Assembly: GCF_964355755.1 (NCBI RefSeq)
Contig: NC_092670.1
Span: 11,704,795 to 11,768,794 of the forward strand
Origin: Antedon mediterranea
Lineage: Eukaryota; Animalia; Echinodermata
Direction: 5' to 3'
DNA length: 64,000 nucleotides
Shown here: in pieces, positions 36,887 to 49,337 of the stretch
Layout: the number at the start of each line of letters is the position of its first letter
Numbering within the stretch: position 1 is the stretch's first letter
The notes under the pieces: model-generated
The model's database searches: none
The model's input: the letters and a program-made list of their open reading frames with translations, nothing else
Told to the model about the DNA's origin: nothing
Made by a program: the position numbers and the translations under genes

Positions 36887-38359
36887 CTCTACTGTTAGAT
36901 ATATAAACACATAATATACAAATAAACTTTATTACTGACAGTTGCAACGTTTTAATTAATAATCATAAAAAATATAAACGTTGTAGTGATGTATCGTTAC
37001 AAAATTTACAATTTCAATCTACTATAACAGAGACAGTTTTAATAATGTACTAAATCGCAAATGTTTTGCTTTATTTAGTGGTATGTTATTTATGGTTTAT
37101 GGTTTTATGGTTTTAAATTTATATAGCGCAAAATACAAATAATAAGTCTCTATGCGCTGTTTAGCACAAGTGTGAAAATGAAAAAATGTTGATGTAAAAT
37201 AAACTATGAAATAGCCTAAAAACCGAATAAATTGACCAAGACAACAGAAAAAGTCCGAAAACGGAATCTCACATCACCTATCACCACACTGTTTCACTAA
37301 CTTGTCAAGACATGTGTCATAGTGATGTGAGCATCCTGACTATCCTGCCTAACAAACAATAAAATTAATAAAATGTATATTTATAAGCCTATAAAACATG
37401 AAACAATATTTCGTTACTAAAAGTAGAGCAGTTAATGCCATGAGGTGTGCATGAAACTTGGCACAACATTTCTTTGATGTATATAGATTCAGAATATTGG
37501 GGGTGCCAAAGTGTCCAATGTCCGGTATGGCGCCCATCTTGATTTCAAAATGGCCACCACAAAAACAAACAAAAAATGTTCATATCTTGGTAACTATACA
37601 CATTAGAGAATTAACTGGTCTCAAATTGTTCACAAACTATATATTTCTATTTGCTCTAATAAAAAATTTCGTCCAAAAATGACTAGAAATGACATTTCTT
37701 TCAGTTTGACCATTGACCTCGTATTTGTATATTATCTCTATAACTACTGGTCATTTTCAATCGATTTTGGTGTCATTTTGTTCAGAATAAATACATTTAT
37801 ATTTGTAGTAATGAAACGTTTTCACATAAAATGACCGGAAATACAATTTATGACCGTTGACGCCAATTATGAACACACTGTATGTGGTTTACATTGGTAT
37901 AAATGCACCTAATTTGACTACATAAATCATATTGTCTATTTATTCGTTTATGAAAACGACAATGTATTATCCTGCGATACGTACATTTGAAATCACAAGT
38001 TTTTTTACGCTGGAATTACTGTGTATTCGAGAACCATGTGTGGAGAGGGCGCGAGAAGCGAGCGTACCATCTAGTATCTTTAATTAGTTCAAGTGCGGCG
38101 TGTGAGGTCAGGTGTTTAGCACGAAACCCATATTGGTGGGTGTTTAAAATTAAAATTTGGTTCGATAGTCATTATATATAGACTATTATGCATTGCCTTT
38201 TCAAAGATTTTTGAAAATACAGGTAACACTGATATCGGGCGGTAATTTATAATTTCATCAATGTTTCCTTTATAGACAGGGATAATCTTTGCAATTTTTA
38301 TTTTATCGAGAAAAATACCAGACTCAAAAGAATATTTTTATTATGTGAGTTAGTGTCCC

Positions 38360-40361
38360 GCGACGCTGGAAACAAAGCTTTTTCCAGCCTCCTGCGTAAA
38401 TGGTTCGTGCTTGGTACGTTTTGATCATTAGTTTTCTCCTTAAAGAAGAGCTCCCCTCAAACTTTTATTATGTTTAGATAAGTTTAATTAAAGTGATTAT
38501 ACAAAAAAAAAAAAAAAAAATATGGCAATATATTTAATAATATGGAAATAGTGCTTTTTAATATATTACATTTTTTTCTGCAGAGTCAACTACAATGGCG
38601 ATTGGTACGACCACACACGAGGCATCAGCAGTAAGTGAATTTGACACGTCCAACACGAACGGTCTTGCATTACGATCGACAACCATTACACATACATCAA
38701 CTACAGAGTCAACGGCGAATGCTAAGACAACACCGATAAGTACAACTATAATCCAAAATTCACCAACGACAGAGTTAACTAATGGTACAGCCATAATATG
38801 GCAAATTGTTTTATCATTTACTTCTGAATTAAACTTTAGGGCAATTGGTTGCAACTTAAGTCCAATATAGGCCTATTCGACTTAATATGCAATATATCAC
38901 AATCATGTCATTAGCACAAATGCATAGATTAAGATATCGGACAAACTGAAAATGTAATCTGGCATCACATGCATATATTCAGTCTATATTAAAAAATATT
39001 TAATGATATTTACCAGGATTTAATTAGTATAGATAGAGATAGCCACATGCGATGGTAAAATAGACCTAACTAGAATAGCTAAATTACGTACATTTCCTGT
39101 TTTTAATATTCATTGTCGTTGCAATGTAAAACAAGAATATTTCTTACAAAAAACGCTGCTCGCTTATTGTTATTGCTAAGGTCAAGTCTGGGGGTCACTT
39201 CAAGTATCCTATTACAAACAAAAACTTCAATGGACTGTTTTGATAATAATTCAATGATTATCTGACAGCGAATTATAGTAATATCATGGGACTCATAAGT
39301 ACCAGAAATGCTTTGGGATTTGTCGACTCTTTTCCCAGCCGTTTTTTGGATTCAACAGGTGAAATTATAGTGGAGTTTCCATTTTAACAAAAATGTCAAA
39401 GTGTAGTACTATAAAGCTGCTTGATTTCATCTAATGAATGAGTCATCTCGTGTGACGTAGCGGGCTAGAGCAGCAGGGTAAAGAATACTTTTACTTCTAT
39501 CAAGTTTAATCATCACTGTTCCGACGTACGCAAAGCAGAAAACGATGTGTAATAATATGTACGATAAACGGCAATATGCTAACGTCGTCGGCTCTAATTA
39601 ATTAACCAATAATTAATATAATTAATAATATATAATAATAATAATTATTATTATTATTATAAAGTGCTTTAAGAATACGATTTATTTTATCGGAAGAAAC
39701 AATTGAGGAAAATATATAATTATTAAGAATTAGAATGTTGTAAGATGTAAATGAAACACTGGTAAACAAATGTTAATAGAAATGCGTGCGTTTGTTTTTG
39801 CGTGTAAAATTTTACCTAATAAAATGAACTTGAAATATTAGTAAAACACCACTACTCAAGAGAAGATGCTAAGGCATTGAAGAATTTATTTTTTAGATAT
39901 GTTTCTGAACAGGCTCAGAATGAATTTCTGACTGTGTTCGTCATGAGAAGGAACATGGAAAACCCCGTCATATGGGTCGTTGATTTGTCCGTAGTCATTG
40001 CATTTTGCCGGGGATTCCCCATCATTTAAGTATTTCCGTAGTACCCTATTTATTTATCTTCATTTCCCTACGTCCGTAATATTGGGCCAAATTTCCGTAG
40101 TAATTACGGGCGTTCCGAACTTTGAAATAACAGTGTTATTGCTTCTTTCTGCAAATTTCTTTCATATTTTCTTTTCTGGAGTGTTGATAATAGGCCTAGT
40201 AATTAGTTTGGGGACTTCCTCTGACGTTCGTATTGAACGCAACACAAATGTTATCCTTAGTCGCATTTTTATCCGAATTATTACTCATTTTGTTTGTATA
40301 TTATTGACATGATATGATATGTTCATTTATTCTGTGCATGTTAAAATATGTTAAATGCATA
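38360..40361 (+). repeat. Segmental duplication, copy 1 (includes the Thr-rich exon)
   Basis: Near-identical to 58672-60674, with a few substitutions and small indels. Confidence 0.95.
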
Positions 40362-42783
40362 CGGTATCGCCGCAAAGTACTCAATTATTATTTTTATGTT
40401 GAGTCTGATATGTTCGTTTTATTTATGCACATGTGTTCTTAAGACCTAAGCTCCATGATAAAACATTGAATTACTCCTGTAGCCTATTGTATTAAAAACT
40501 AATCAAATGAAGACGACGAAGTTTTATTAAATTTATTTTTTTTTTATCACTAATTTTCTTCTTGATTCTGCTTCTATTGATGTGTGAGTTCCTGATATTC
40601 CTCTTTACACCTAAGCAATGGAAGGAAAAACGTTTTAATTAAATTTCTTTTTTTTTCTTAGCCTTTCTTTTTTCATAGCCAAACTATTAATACGCCGTCT
40701 GTACTAAGAGAGTATTTAAACTGTGTCACTGATAGTTGAATTTGTTTTTCGCCAAGACTCCATGATACAACTAAACTGGAATGGAAACAACAAATCTAAT
40801 AAATGCAAATTGTAGTGGAATAACGTTAAAAATTATAACACTGTAATGGTAGTAATAGTCATAAAAAATACTATACAACAAAGCATGAGATGCGATAACT
40901 AGGCCTAATAGCAAAAACAATAGCACGGTCTAAAGTATGCGTGAATGGCGCGGCGCGCCATAGAAATCTGTTGTGGCCGAAACTGTCTGTGGCCGAAACG
41001 GTCATATGCCGTTAGTATTACGGTAGGCCTAGGCGTTTTAGCCTTGCTAGGCCTAGGATTGTTTGGTTGTTTGTTGACATAATTAAAGATGTATTTTCCC
41101 TTGAAACACAAAAAATGAAGGTCAAATATTCTAAATTTAAATTGGCCATATTAAAATAAAATTAAAGTTATTCAGTTAAAGTCGAAAATTCGACCCAAAA
41201 ACCTAACCTAATTAACAGGTAAATTAATTTGATTGCATTTCGTCTGGAAAATTTTCGCGAGCGAAAGTAACCAAAGATTTCAAACCACGAGTATGCATTA
41301 TGCATGATGCTAATTAGGATTTTTTACAACTCACAACAGTTGACAAGGTGTTTAATAATTTAAATGTTAAAGTAGTAATAATAACTGATCTAACCCCGGC
41401 AAATACTAGTAATCTGACGTGAACCAAAAACAAAAACGAATAGCACATATTAATTGTTACTATTTTCAATGACAGCTCAATCATCCCAGAGAATGTCGTG
41501 CAACAGACAAATATAATATCTCTATACGAGCACGTTAAAAATGACAATATGCACACATTAAGTGCCCAAAAGTGCTGACAAATTTCTTTTCCATCCCTTT
41601 TTAAAATGCAAATACTCTTTAGAATGGAAGATGACCTCAAAATGTGTAACTTATTACGAAAGCCAATGAGTTGTAAATATGAATTCATGTGCATATTAGA
41701 CGTACAAAATGGTATGACGTCACCATTTGGCCACATGAATTTTTAAAATAGAGTTTTTTCACCTTTTGTCATAGATAATCACCTTCAAGAGTGCATTTCG
41801 CTTATCTGTGCTCAATTTTCGCTCAAATTTTATTATATGCTTGCTAAAACAATTATCTTATTCTCTTTTTATCAGTAAAATTATGAAAATGGTGTCTTAT
41901 AATTCGTCAAAGTAACAAATATTAAATTCTACTTATTTTTTAGTTTTTTGTTTTACGTGACAATGTTTGACTTCTTGTAAAAATCCACTTTTAATGGTAT
42001 TTTTCTTCTTGTTATTTTCTATGCAACAATAGAAATAATTGTTTATAAAATTATTTATAAAATTAAATGAAATAAACGAATGAAATTGCTTTTTAAGATA
42101 GTGTTACAGTACATTTACCTTGATTAGCTAATCAAATCAAACCAATTTAATGCTTTACTAAATGTATAGACTCAGTATTTGATATTACATGTTATAGGCA
42201 TCAATAGGGATTACCACCAAGAGATTTAATGGTGCTTCTTGGTCACCTAGAACTTCTCAAATTATTGATTCTTACATTATTATTAAACTTCAAGGCCAGG
42301 TGCGGCCAAAACATTTCTATTGATCATACATTCCAATAATTATCGATCAATAGTTTCCCCTATGTTTCATTATTTTTGGCATTTTATTTGTGTTACACGA
42401 ACTTGTTGAAAATAAGCACTTTCTTATCAGTGTGGGGATAGTACAAATTTTGTAAATAGAGAGGCATTTTTTAAAAAAAGCTATGAAAAATAAACAGTTT
42501 AGTAAAAAATATTATCAGATGACTAAATATAGGTAATATAACTTGAATTTTACTTTTTTTTTATTCAATTTCAGAATTTTATTTGTATGCTATAGCAAAA
42601 ATTATCCACCGTATATCCACCATCTTTTTTCACCTTTTAGGGAGTCACCAGACATGTTATTACATTAGGTTAAACTACCTAACAACTGAAAAAAAGTTTT
42701 TATGGCAGAGTTTTGGCAAATATTTGATTTATGTACAAATTACCAGATATTATATTTAAAATTCATGCCTGTATCTAAGCTTT

Positions 42784-42935
42784 AAGGTTTGTCTACACTA
42801 TCAAACTGTATGTGTCAAAAAATGTGATGTGCCCATATATGGACATGATGATGTCATATCATTACCATATTTAAGCATAGCACTACCATATAAGGGCACA
42901 TCAAACTTTTTTGACACATAAAGTTTGATAGTGTC
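42784..42935. mobile_element. Short hairpin MITE
   Basis: ACACTATCAAACT...TGTCAAAAAA / TTTTTTGACA...AGTTTGATAGTGT inverted arms. A decayed relative lies at about 19370-19472. Confidence 0.7.
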
Positions 42936-43903
42936 AATTCTTTTATAGAGACACACTCTTTTCTATCAGAGTTAAAATACAATCTTGCGGTTTAGTTGTT
43001 TCATGTGTGAATAAAACAAAAGATAGAGGCCTATATTCTTTGCTAACACCTATCAGAGTAATAAGAGGAGGAGTTCCATTGGATGGTTGTAACTCAGATA
43101 TGATGATTCAGATCAGCCACATTAAAAACTAAAAATTGAATAGAAAAATGACCTTAATATAATGACAAATTAGGCCAAAACTATGAATAATTTTGTATAT
43201 CCTAACACTTGATTTTGCCTAAAAAATATCAGTGAGTTTTTCCCACCATAACACACGTCAAACTTTATACATTTTAGAGTGGTTGATGGGGGACTGTGGC
43301 AACATTTCACAATTTTATCCTGTGAGTGGTGAATATGTGATACAACCAAGTGAGGGAGGACCACAAATTAATGTGTACTGTGATATTAGGGAAGATGGAA
43401 ATTGGACGGTAAGACAACAGTTATTATCAAGAGTAAACCCATCTTTATTAATTATTCTATAACACACAAACAAAAACAAAATGTATCCATCATCATTACT
43501 ATAAGGACTACCAGGGATCAGCATGGACAGAAAACATTTATTATAGAGAACAATGTTAATAATTTGGGAGATAAGCCTTTACCAGCAACAGTGCGACGTT
43601 ACAGAAAATTAAGTTGAAAGGCCAATGATTTATACTAATGTTCCAAATCATGCATACTAAGAACCAAGAAGCAACTTAAGTGTAGTCAAATGATACACTA
43701 TTGACTTAGTGTACTTTAATCGTAATAATACTGACCAGGTTCTCATTTCATTCAGTTCTATTTATGCTTGTTCAGTAAAGTAGGCTAGAGTATATATATA
43801 ACTAAATCTTTTTATGATCAGGTGATACAGAGAAGACAAGATGGATCAGTTGATTTCTACCGTAATTGGACAGAATACAAAGAGGGTTTTGGAAATGTGA
43901 ACA

Positions 43904-45131
43904 TGTGACCTTCGGATCGTGTCCGTTGGTGTTTGAATAGCTTGTGGGAGAGCAATTAATGATCACTGACACATAATAGAATAGACCTGATTCAGTTTCC
44001 AGTTTAATCGCAATTGTTTAATAACAGAAACAGAAGCTAAAACCCAACACAACACTGCAGCCGTCATTAACAGTAAACAGGAACAAGACCTGTGTAACAA
44101 AATCATAAAACATATCTCAACACTAAACAAAATATAAATCATCTCATTGTTCAATAAATGAAGACCACTAACTATACAGCAACAGATAAGCATTTAAGTT
44201 TAAAAAACATCAATTATAGTATTATTAATTGAAACACAACATTATACTGTAAAATGGAATATATAATAAAGCTAGGCTATGCAATCTAGTATCTAAAATC
44301 GTCACGATATGCATCGCACATCGTCTCATGGGCGCAGACATATTTGTTTACATTATGTGCTGCCCTCAACCAGATCTCTGATTAAAAGCCATAAACATCG
44401 CACATGTTCGAATAATCAACGACCCACTAAACACAAGGTCATAGAACTTTATCAGACTTAAATTAAGATAACTATCAATTAACACGGTAAAACATAATAT
44501 TCCATACTAGGCTAACATATGATAAACAAAGTAAATAAAGGTTTTAGCCTTAATTCAGATTCCTTAAGGGATATTTTGATCAATCTTCTAACATCGCTAA
44601 GCTAAGAATTACGATTGTATGTACCGCACACAACACTCAACAGGTTACACCCAGTGCAACCGTCGCCATACCAGTGGAGTGCTAATGCATATAGAGACAA
44701 AAGTAAATTTAACAAACTTAAACCGGGTTAAACTGTATTTAACCTAAACATATTATAAATTAAACAATATTTAAAACTTACAGATTACATCAAGATCAAA
44801 CGATGTGCTCTCAACAAAAAGAAATAATTAAATTGTTTAACAGGCTAGGCAAATACACGTCTAGTCGATGCAAGCGTCCGAAGGAGAGAGGATGTATCAG
44901 GTATCATCCCAAGCTTACCATTCTCCGACGAATACGCGTAATGGGTGCGGATTATTCCGCTTAACACCTTATCTACCCATACATTAAAAATGCCATATTA
45001 GACCGTGATAATAAATATTTATGTAACACTATTTATTTATTTTTATTAACCAGTGTCATAAAACTGGACTAACATGTAAATTGTCCCGTCCTATTTATTC
45101 TATGCGGAGGAGTACAATTTACACCCTCACA
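43904..45131 (-). repeat. 3' LTR of the gypsy element
   Basis: Direct repeat of 50779-52006 with TG...CA termini. Preceded on the minus strand by purine-rich GCTGTGGTGGA. Confidence 0.97.
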
Positions 45132-45386
45132 TCCACCACAGCTTAAATCGTTGTTAGTCCCTAACAACATTACATATGATATACCATAGTTACATAATTA
45201 GATACAATTAAAATTATAAAATGAAAGATATAAAATTTAAAAAAAATTAAGCCGTGTAACCTATCTACAGTAAATACTTTAAAAAATGTCTGCATATACA
45301 GGTATGTACCTTCACACCCACCCCAGGTTAAGAGTGATGTTGTCCCAACGACATAATCAGATAAAAATTACAGTATAAGCATATTC

Positions 45387-48300
45387 TTATTTACGAGAAA
45401 AAACAGCATTAGTTTCCCATTCTCCAAACCGTTTAGGTGGGAGTCTAACTCTTTTGGCAAAGTAATCACTGCCGTGCCCATCCTTATCCGTAATGTTAGT
45501 AGTGGGGGAGTGAGTACAAAATTCAGCAGGAGGAGGAATCAAGTCTGGATCATCCGTTCTGTAAACTTCTGGATCATCATCATCAGTTGAAGGAGACTCT
45601 TGTGCACTGTTGCAACTACTACCACCACTATCAATATTTTCAAAGGTACATGGCGTCAATAGGTTACGGTGAACAGTTCGCTCTCTGCCATCATTATTTC
45701 GGCGCACAGTGAATGTGGGCTGACCTTGGATGTGATGAATAATGGTATATGGTGTTTCCTCCCATCTATCTCTCAGTTTATTACGGCCACGCAATGATTT
45801 GTTAGCGACTAAAACAGAGTCTCCAACGTTCAAATCAACTCCACGGGACCTTTTGTTGTACGCATTTTTCTGCTTCTTTCTTGCAGCATTTGCATGCGTC
45901 GCTGCTAAGTCGTAAGCTTCTTGAAGTTGGTTTCTGAGTCGATGGACGAAATCCGCTTCATTTGTGTCAGTGAGCTCCTCTCCATCTGTCTCTAGTTCAA
46001 ATACTAAGTCTGAAGGCACTCTCGGTTTCCGCATAAACATTAAAAAGAATGGAGTGAACCCAGTTGATGAATGCGTGGTGCAATTGTAGGCGTGTGTCAT
46101 GGTCTCTACATAGTCACGCCACCGAGGTTTCTTGTGAGGCTGAAGCGTTCCCAACATATTGAGTAATGTAGAGTTGAATCGCTCCGTCATGCCATTCCCC
46201 TGTGGGTGATAAGGTGTGGTTCGGCTTTTTTTTATTTTAAGGAGTTTGCACAGTTCCTGTATAACCTCAGCCTCAAAACACTTCCCTTGGTCGCTGTGTA
46301 TCCTTTCCGGTGTCCCATAGTGTATGATAAATTTGCTCCACAAGGTCTGGGCCACCGTCACAGCTGTCTGGTTCCTTGTTGGGTAAGCTTGCGCGTATCG
46401 AGTAAAATGATCCGTGATTACAAGAACATTTTCTATTCCACCCGACGAAGCTTCCAGACTCAGGAAATCCAGACAAACTAACTCCAATGGTCGAGATGAT
46501 TTAATTCCAGATAATGGTGCTATGGCTTGTGGGTCCTGAGTTTTACGTAAAGTACATCTTTTACATCTGTCAATATAGGTTCGTACTTCTTTTCGCAAGT
46601 TTGGCCAAAAACATCGTTCTTCTAGAAGGGAGAGAGTGCGGTCATACCCGAGATGACCCATCTGGTCGTGGACGCTCTTCAATACTCTGTTGCGGTAAAG
46701 TTTTGGCAAAAGTACCCTTCGTTGGCCATCTACCTGTTGGAAAACTAAGACTCCCGCCTGAACTGCAAAATGATCCCATTTTCTTAACAATTTCTGCACC
46801 ATTCTGCTTTCTTTGTTAGCCTGTCGTCTACTTGGTTTTCCACCACAGCTGAACAATTCCAATACCCTTCCTATGGATTTATCATTCCGTTGCGCACGGA
46901 TAATTTCTTCGGTATCTAATTCTGGTAGGATTTGTGAGTAGTGAGATATAACAGGGTTGGCGTGATGGGCACCCATAATGCCAGTAGCGCTGTCTAGAGC
47001 CTTTTGAACTTCGAACCTTGTAATACGAGATAGACCATCTGCATTATCGTTTGACTTTCCCGGTCGGTACTCGATCTCAAGATCACACCTTGCCATATCG
47101 TTAACCCAGCGCTGACCATGTGCATCTAGCTTAGCTGATTTAAGGACATACGTGAGTGGGTTATTATCGGTGCGAGCCAATACCTTATGTCCGTAGACGT
47201 AATCTTTAAATTTCACAGTCGCAGCCCAATGTAGCGCTCTAAACTCCAGTTTGTGTGCCGGATAATGCTTTTCACCAGCGGTGAGGCTTCTACTTGCATA
47301 AGCGATTACCTTCTCTTGCCCATCCTGGATTTGAGCCAGGATGGCTCCAAAGCCATCTAGGGAGGCGTCGGTCTGCAAAACAAATGGTAGTGTAAAATCT
47401 GGGTAAGATAGAATAGGAGTAGCTAACATCTTCTGCTTCAAGGTATTGTATGATACTGAACACTCGTCAGTCCATTTGAACTCTGGCAGCTTGGTTGTAC
47501 CCTTAGGCTTGTGTTTACCTCCGACCATCTCAAACAAAGGTTTCGCTATCTTGGCATAGTTTTGAATGAATCTCCGGTAGTATCCTGTGAATCCCAAAAA
47601 ACTTCTAACATCTTTCTTGGACTTAGGGACCGGCCATTCTCTTACTGCTTCAGTTTTCTCTGGGTCGGTCGAGATGCCGTGTTCGGAGACCCTGTGTCCC
47701 AGATATTTGACCTCTCGCTGAAGTAGGTGACACTTATTTGGTTGTAATTTAAGTCCATGTTCTCGCAATCGAGAAAATACTTTTTCTAAACGCATAAGGT
47801 GTTCTTCTATAGTTGAGCTAAATATGATAATATCGTCCAGGTAAATGAGTACCTCTGTTAAGTTCATATCTCCGAATACTACAGTCATTAGGCGTTGAAA
47901 GGTAGCAGGGGCATTAGTTAATCCGAAAGGCATCCTCGTATACTCGAATAAACCCAGTGGAGTTGTGAATGCCGTCTTAGGTTGGTCAGCTTCGGCCATC
48001 TGCACTTGCAGATAGCCAGACATTAAGTCCAAACTTGAAAAATAACGAGCTTTCCCCAATGCATCTAAAGATTCGTCGATCCTCGGAAGCGGATACGCAT
48101 CACGAACCGTCCTTGAGTTGAGTTTTCGGTAGTCGACGCAAAGTCTGATCTGGCCAGTCTTCTTTCTAACAATGACGATAGGAGAGGCAAATGGGCTCTT
48201 GCTTCCCTTTATAACACCAGCACTTTCTAGGCCTTGGATATGTTCTCTTACTTCCTTGAAGTCTGAGGGTGGTATGCGGCGATATGGCATTCTGAATGGG

Positions 48301-49337
48301 GTTGAATCGATGAGGGGTATATCATGCTGAAGAGTTGTGGTGTGGCCAAAATCATCTGAACCCATGGAGAAGACATCAGAGTTTTGACAGAGGATATTGT
48401 GGAGGGCCTTAATTTCTGTTTCTGACAAGTCTCCAGTTGGAACATGTACATCAGGTATTTGCCTCAATTCCTGTTTGTTTACCAACACCGAGTTTTCACT
48501 GGAAAGAACGAGTCGAGTTGTATGTGCTAAGTCTTCGGCTGGTGTTGCATACAACAAGTTAGCTATTAGATTACCTTTATTAAGCATCACTGTTGTTGAT
48601 GAAAGGTTACACATCCGCACAGTTACTTTACCCTCCTTGACTTCTGTCAGTAAACTGCCTACCCTCAACTTTTCCTGCGGGTCACCATCCTCAACAAGTC
48701 CACAAAATGTGCGGCCGTCTGTGTGGGTTGGTGCATATCCAACGACATCTCGCTGGGCCCCAGGCTTAAAAGTGATTGGGCGTCCCCTATAATGAATCGC
48801 TCCTATTTCACCAGTTGCATCAGCAAGGTCCATCCCATCACCATTTAGAGACTGGTATGCTGCAAACCATGTAGTAGATTTCTCCCGAACGATTTCCATA
48901 AATGACCGTCCATACTGACCATGTAGTTTGTCACGTGTTGGTCGTATCACATTCGTTCCAATGAGACAGGGCATCTTTACTCTAGATGTCGTTGATGGTA
49001 CAACCAGTACCGGAACCGCCTCCAACTTTACTCCCATTACTTCCAAGTTGATGAGCAGAACACCATGGTGGGGTACTAACTGACCCCCAGCCCCTTCAAT
49101 GTTCACAGCAACTGGCTGTAGCTTCTGGATCTTTAAAGTTGGATGATTATTGACGAAATCTGCAGTGATGGTTGTAACTTGCGAACCTGTATCTAAAAGA
49201 GCATTACAAACTTGACCAGATATGGATACAATAGCTTCATTCACTGGACCGATTAATCCCTTTATCGATTTGTTTGGGCACTTGTGAAAATTCATACCAA
49301 CAGATAGCCCGTCGTCTGCAGGTCCTACCCGTTTAAA
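45387..49337 (-). CDS. pol: Gypsy pol (protease, RT, RNase H, integrase), probably expressed by -1 frameshift from gag
   Basis: LLDTGS, YLDD, LQTDAS, HDQMGH...CKRC, DHFTRY, HSDQG, GMTER. The frame is open from the slippery site at 49337; the first ATG is at 49295. Confidence 0.95.
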   Translation of the reverse strand, partial: FKRVGPADDGLSVGMNFHKCPNKSIKGLIGPVNEAIVSISGQVCNALLDTGSQVTTITADFVNNHPTLKIQKLQPVAVNIEGAGGQLVPHHGVLLINLEVMGVKLEAVPVLVVPSTTSRVKMPCLIGTNVIRPTRDKLHGQYGRSFMEIVREKSTTWFAAYQSLNGDGMDLADATGEIGAIHYRGRPITFKPGAQRDVVGYAPTHTDGRTFCGLVEDGDPQEKLRVGSLLTEVKEGKVTVRMCNLSSTTVMLNKGNLIANLLYATPAEDLAHTTRLVLSSENSVLVNKQELRQIPDVHVPTGDLSETEIKALHNILCQNSDVFSMGSDDFGHTTTLQHDIPLIDSTPFRMPYRRIPPSDFKEVREHIQGLESAGVIKGSKSPFASPIVIVRKKTGQIRLCVDYRKLNSRTVRDAYPLPRIDESLDALGKARYFSSLDLMSGYLQVQMAEADQPKTAFTTPLGLFEYTRMPFGLTNAPATFQRLMTVVFGDMNLTEVLIYLDDIIIFSSTIEEHLMRLEKVFSRLREHGLKLQPNKCHLLQREVKYLGHRVSEHGISTDPEKTEAVREWPVPKSKKDVRSFLGFTGYYRRFIQNYAKIAKPLFEMVGGKHKPKGTTKLPEFKWTDECSVSYNTLKQKMLATPILSYPDFTLPFVLQTDASLDGFGAILAQIQDGQEKVIAYASRSLTAGEKHYPAHKLEFRALHWAATVKFKDYVYGHKVLARTDNNPLTYVLKSAKLDAHGQRWVNDMARCDLEIEYRPGKSNDNADGLSRITRFEVQKALDSATGIMGAHHANPVISHYSQILPELDTEEIIRAQRNDKSIGRVLELFSCGGKPSRRQANKESRMVQKLLRKWDHFAVQAGVLVFQQVDGQRRVLLPKLYRNRVLKSVHDQMGHLGYDRTLSLLEERCFWPNLRKEVRTYIDRCKRCTLRKTQDPQAIAPLSGIKSSRPLELVCLDFLSLEASSGGIENVLVITDHFTRYAQAYPTRNQTAVTVAQTLWSKFIIHYGTPERIHSDQGKCFEAEVIQELCKLLKIKKSRTTPYHPQGNGMTERFNSTLLNMLGTLQPHKKPRWRDYVETMTHAYNCTTHSSTGFTPFFLMFMRKPRVPSDLVFELETDGEELTDTNEADFVHRLRNQLQEAYDLAATHANAARKKQKNAYNKRSRGVDLNVGDSVLVANKSLRGRNKLRDRWEETPYTIIHHIQGQPTFTVRRNNDGRERTVHRNLLTPCTFENIDSGGSSCNSAQESPSTDDDDPEVYRTDDPDLIPPPAEFCTHSPTTNITDKDGHGSDYFAKRVRLPPKRFGEWETNAVFSRK

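Noticed and set aside
37290-38445. Probable additional MITE ends (AAAATGGCCACC region; ...TTTTCTCCTTAA)
   Set aside because: Could not pair the termini or find TSDs by eye.
43963-44193. Identical 76-aa hydrophobic ORFs here and at 50838-51068 (possible env or accessory gene)
   Set aside because: Both lie inside the LTRs, are short, start at a non-ATG codon and lack env motifs.
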